Part shown: positions 5,371 through 5,734 of the stretch, one piece after another | Numbering within the stretch: the stretch's first letter is position 1 | Layout: each line of letters begins with the position of its first letter | Assembly: GCA_028698185.1 (NCBI GenBank) | Contig: JAQVDW010000052.1 | Coordinates: forward strand, 1 to 5,734 | Reading direction: 5' to 3' | Length of the DNA stretch: 5,734 bases | Source of the DNA: Erysipelotrichaceae bacterium | Lineage (GTDB): Bacteria; Bacillota_I; Bacilli_A; Erysipelotrichales; Coprobacillaceae | Translations under genes and position numbers: made by a program | The notes under the pieces: generated by a model | Told to the model about the DNA's origin: nothing | What the model saw: only the letters and a program-made list of their open reading frames with translations | The model's database searches: none

Positions 5371-5734
5371 GGTAGTGTCAATATTTTTGTGTAAATTAGT
5401 AAAATTAGTTCTTCTGATGATCTTGATTATTAGTCTTCCATCAGGAACCATCGCTCGTATGAGATTCCTTTGAATCCCTTGTGGGTATGGTTCATGAATT
5501 TTTGGTTATATTGCTCAAATTGCGAAACGATGTATTTTTCAGCTGCTTCCTCATTTGGAAATTGTTCCTTAGCTTTGATTTTTCGCTTGAGTTGCTTGTT
5601 GAACCCTTCAATCAGATTGGTTGTATAGATGCTCTTGCGTACCGATTCAGGGAACAAATAGAATGTGAATAGGTTCGAATTCTCTTCAAGGGATTTCGCC
5701 ACTTTTGGGTATTTTTTACCCCACTTGCTTATGA
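5371..5734 (-). mobile_element. IS256-family insertion sequence, terminal part (continues beyond window end)
   Basis: The terminal sequence GGTAGTGTCAATATTTTTGTGTAAATTAGTAAAA (from 5371) closely resembles the IS256 inverted repeat as I recall it (GATAAAGTCCGTATAATTGTGTAAAAGTAAAA). The transposase stop lies 59 bp inside this end. Confidence 0.7.
5430..5734 (-). CDS. IS256-family (Transposase_mut, PF00872) transposase, C-terminal part; 5' end outside the window
   Basis: The track ORF starts at an internal GTG (5702), but the frame stays open to the window edge (...ISKWGKKYPKVAKSLEENSNLFTFYLFPESVRKSIYTTNLIEGFNKQLKRKIKAKEQFPNEEAAEKY...). This is the highly conserved IS256-family C-terminal signature. 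Confidence 0.9.
   Translation of the reverse strand, partial: ISKWGKKYPKVAKSLEENSNLFTFYLFPESVRKSIYTTNLIEGFNKQLKRKIKAKEQFPNEEAAEKYIVSQFEQYNQKFMNHTHKGFKGISYERWFLMED

Noticed and set aside
5158-5672. ORFs 5158-5451 (minus strand) and 5481-5672 (plus strand)
   Set aside because: The first is antisense to the membrane-protein ORF and crosses the IS256 boundary. The second is antisense to the IS256 transposase. Neither has an RBS or a recognisable motif.
1-5734. tRNA or rRNA genes, CRISPR arrays and att sites
   Set aside because: I found no cloverleaf-like or spaced direct-repeat structures when reading both strands. The only repeats seen are the IS termini and the 10-bp tandem at 1197-1216.

Overview
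This window is a decaying siphovirus-type prophage segment, probably from a low-GC Gram-positive host (GGAGG ribosome-binding sites, AT-rich intergenic regions), broken up by two insertion sequences. The tail module lies on the minus strand, read right to left. It starts with a major tail protein gene (1747-2280) whose 5' end is replaced by IS sequence. Next is tail assembly chaperone G (1361-1738/1750), which has an in-frame A_AAA_AAG -1 slippery site; I hand-translated the -1 frame and it stays open to 1200, giving the classic G-T fusion. An AT-rich, self-contained moron follows: an extended -10 promoter, a 128-aa YbjQ/UPF0145-like ORF (731-1117) and a hairpin plus T-tract terminator. Last are the first 214 codons of a TP901-type tape measure protein (1-644), which runs off the window. 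An apparently intact 1214-bp IS3-family element (2241-3454) separates the tail module from a divergent plus-strand terminase large subunit gene (3455-4983). That gene starts flush with the IS end and carries a 1-nt frameshift near 3751-3760. Downstream are an AT-rich cassette encoding a 94-aa three-TM protein (5084-5368) and the terminal part of an IS256-family element (5371 to window end). I saw no tRNA, rRNA or CRISPR. The best leads are the two small, intact, self-promoted AT-rich accessory genes sitting among degraded structural genes, and the IS3 junction, which looks like an IS-mediated inversion or deletion rather than a simple insertion. I cannot support a clearly novel multi-gene system from this window. 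The YbjQ-like moron is the strongest candidate for an uncharacterised prophage-encoded function.
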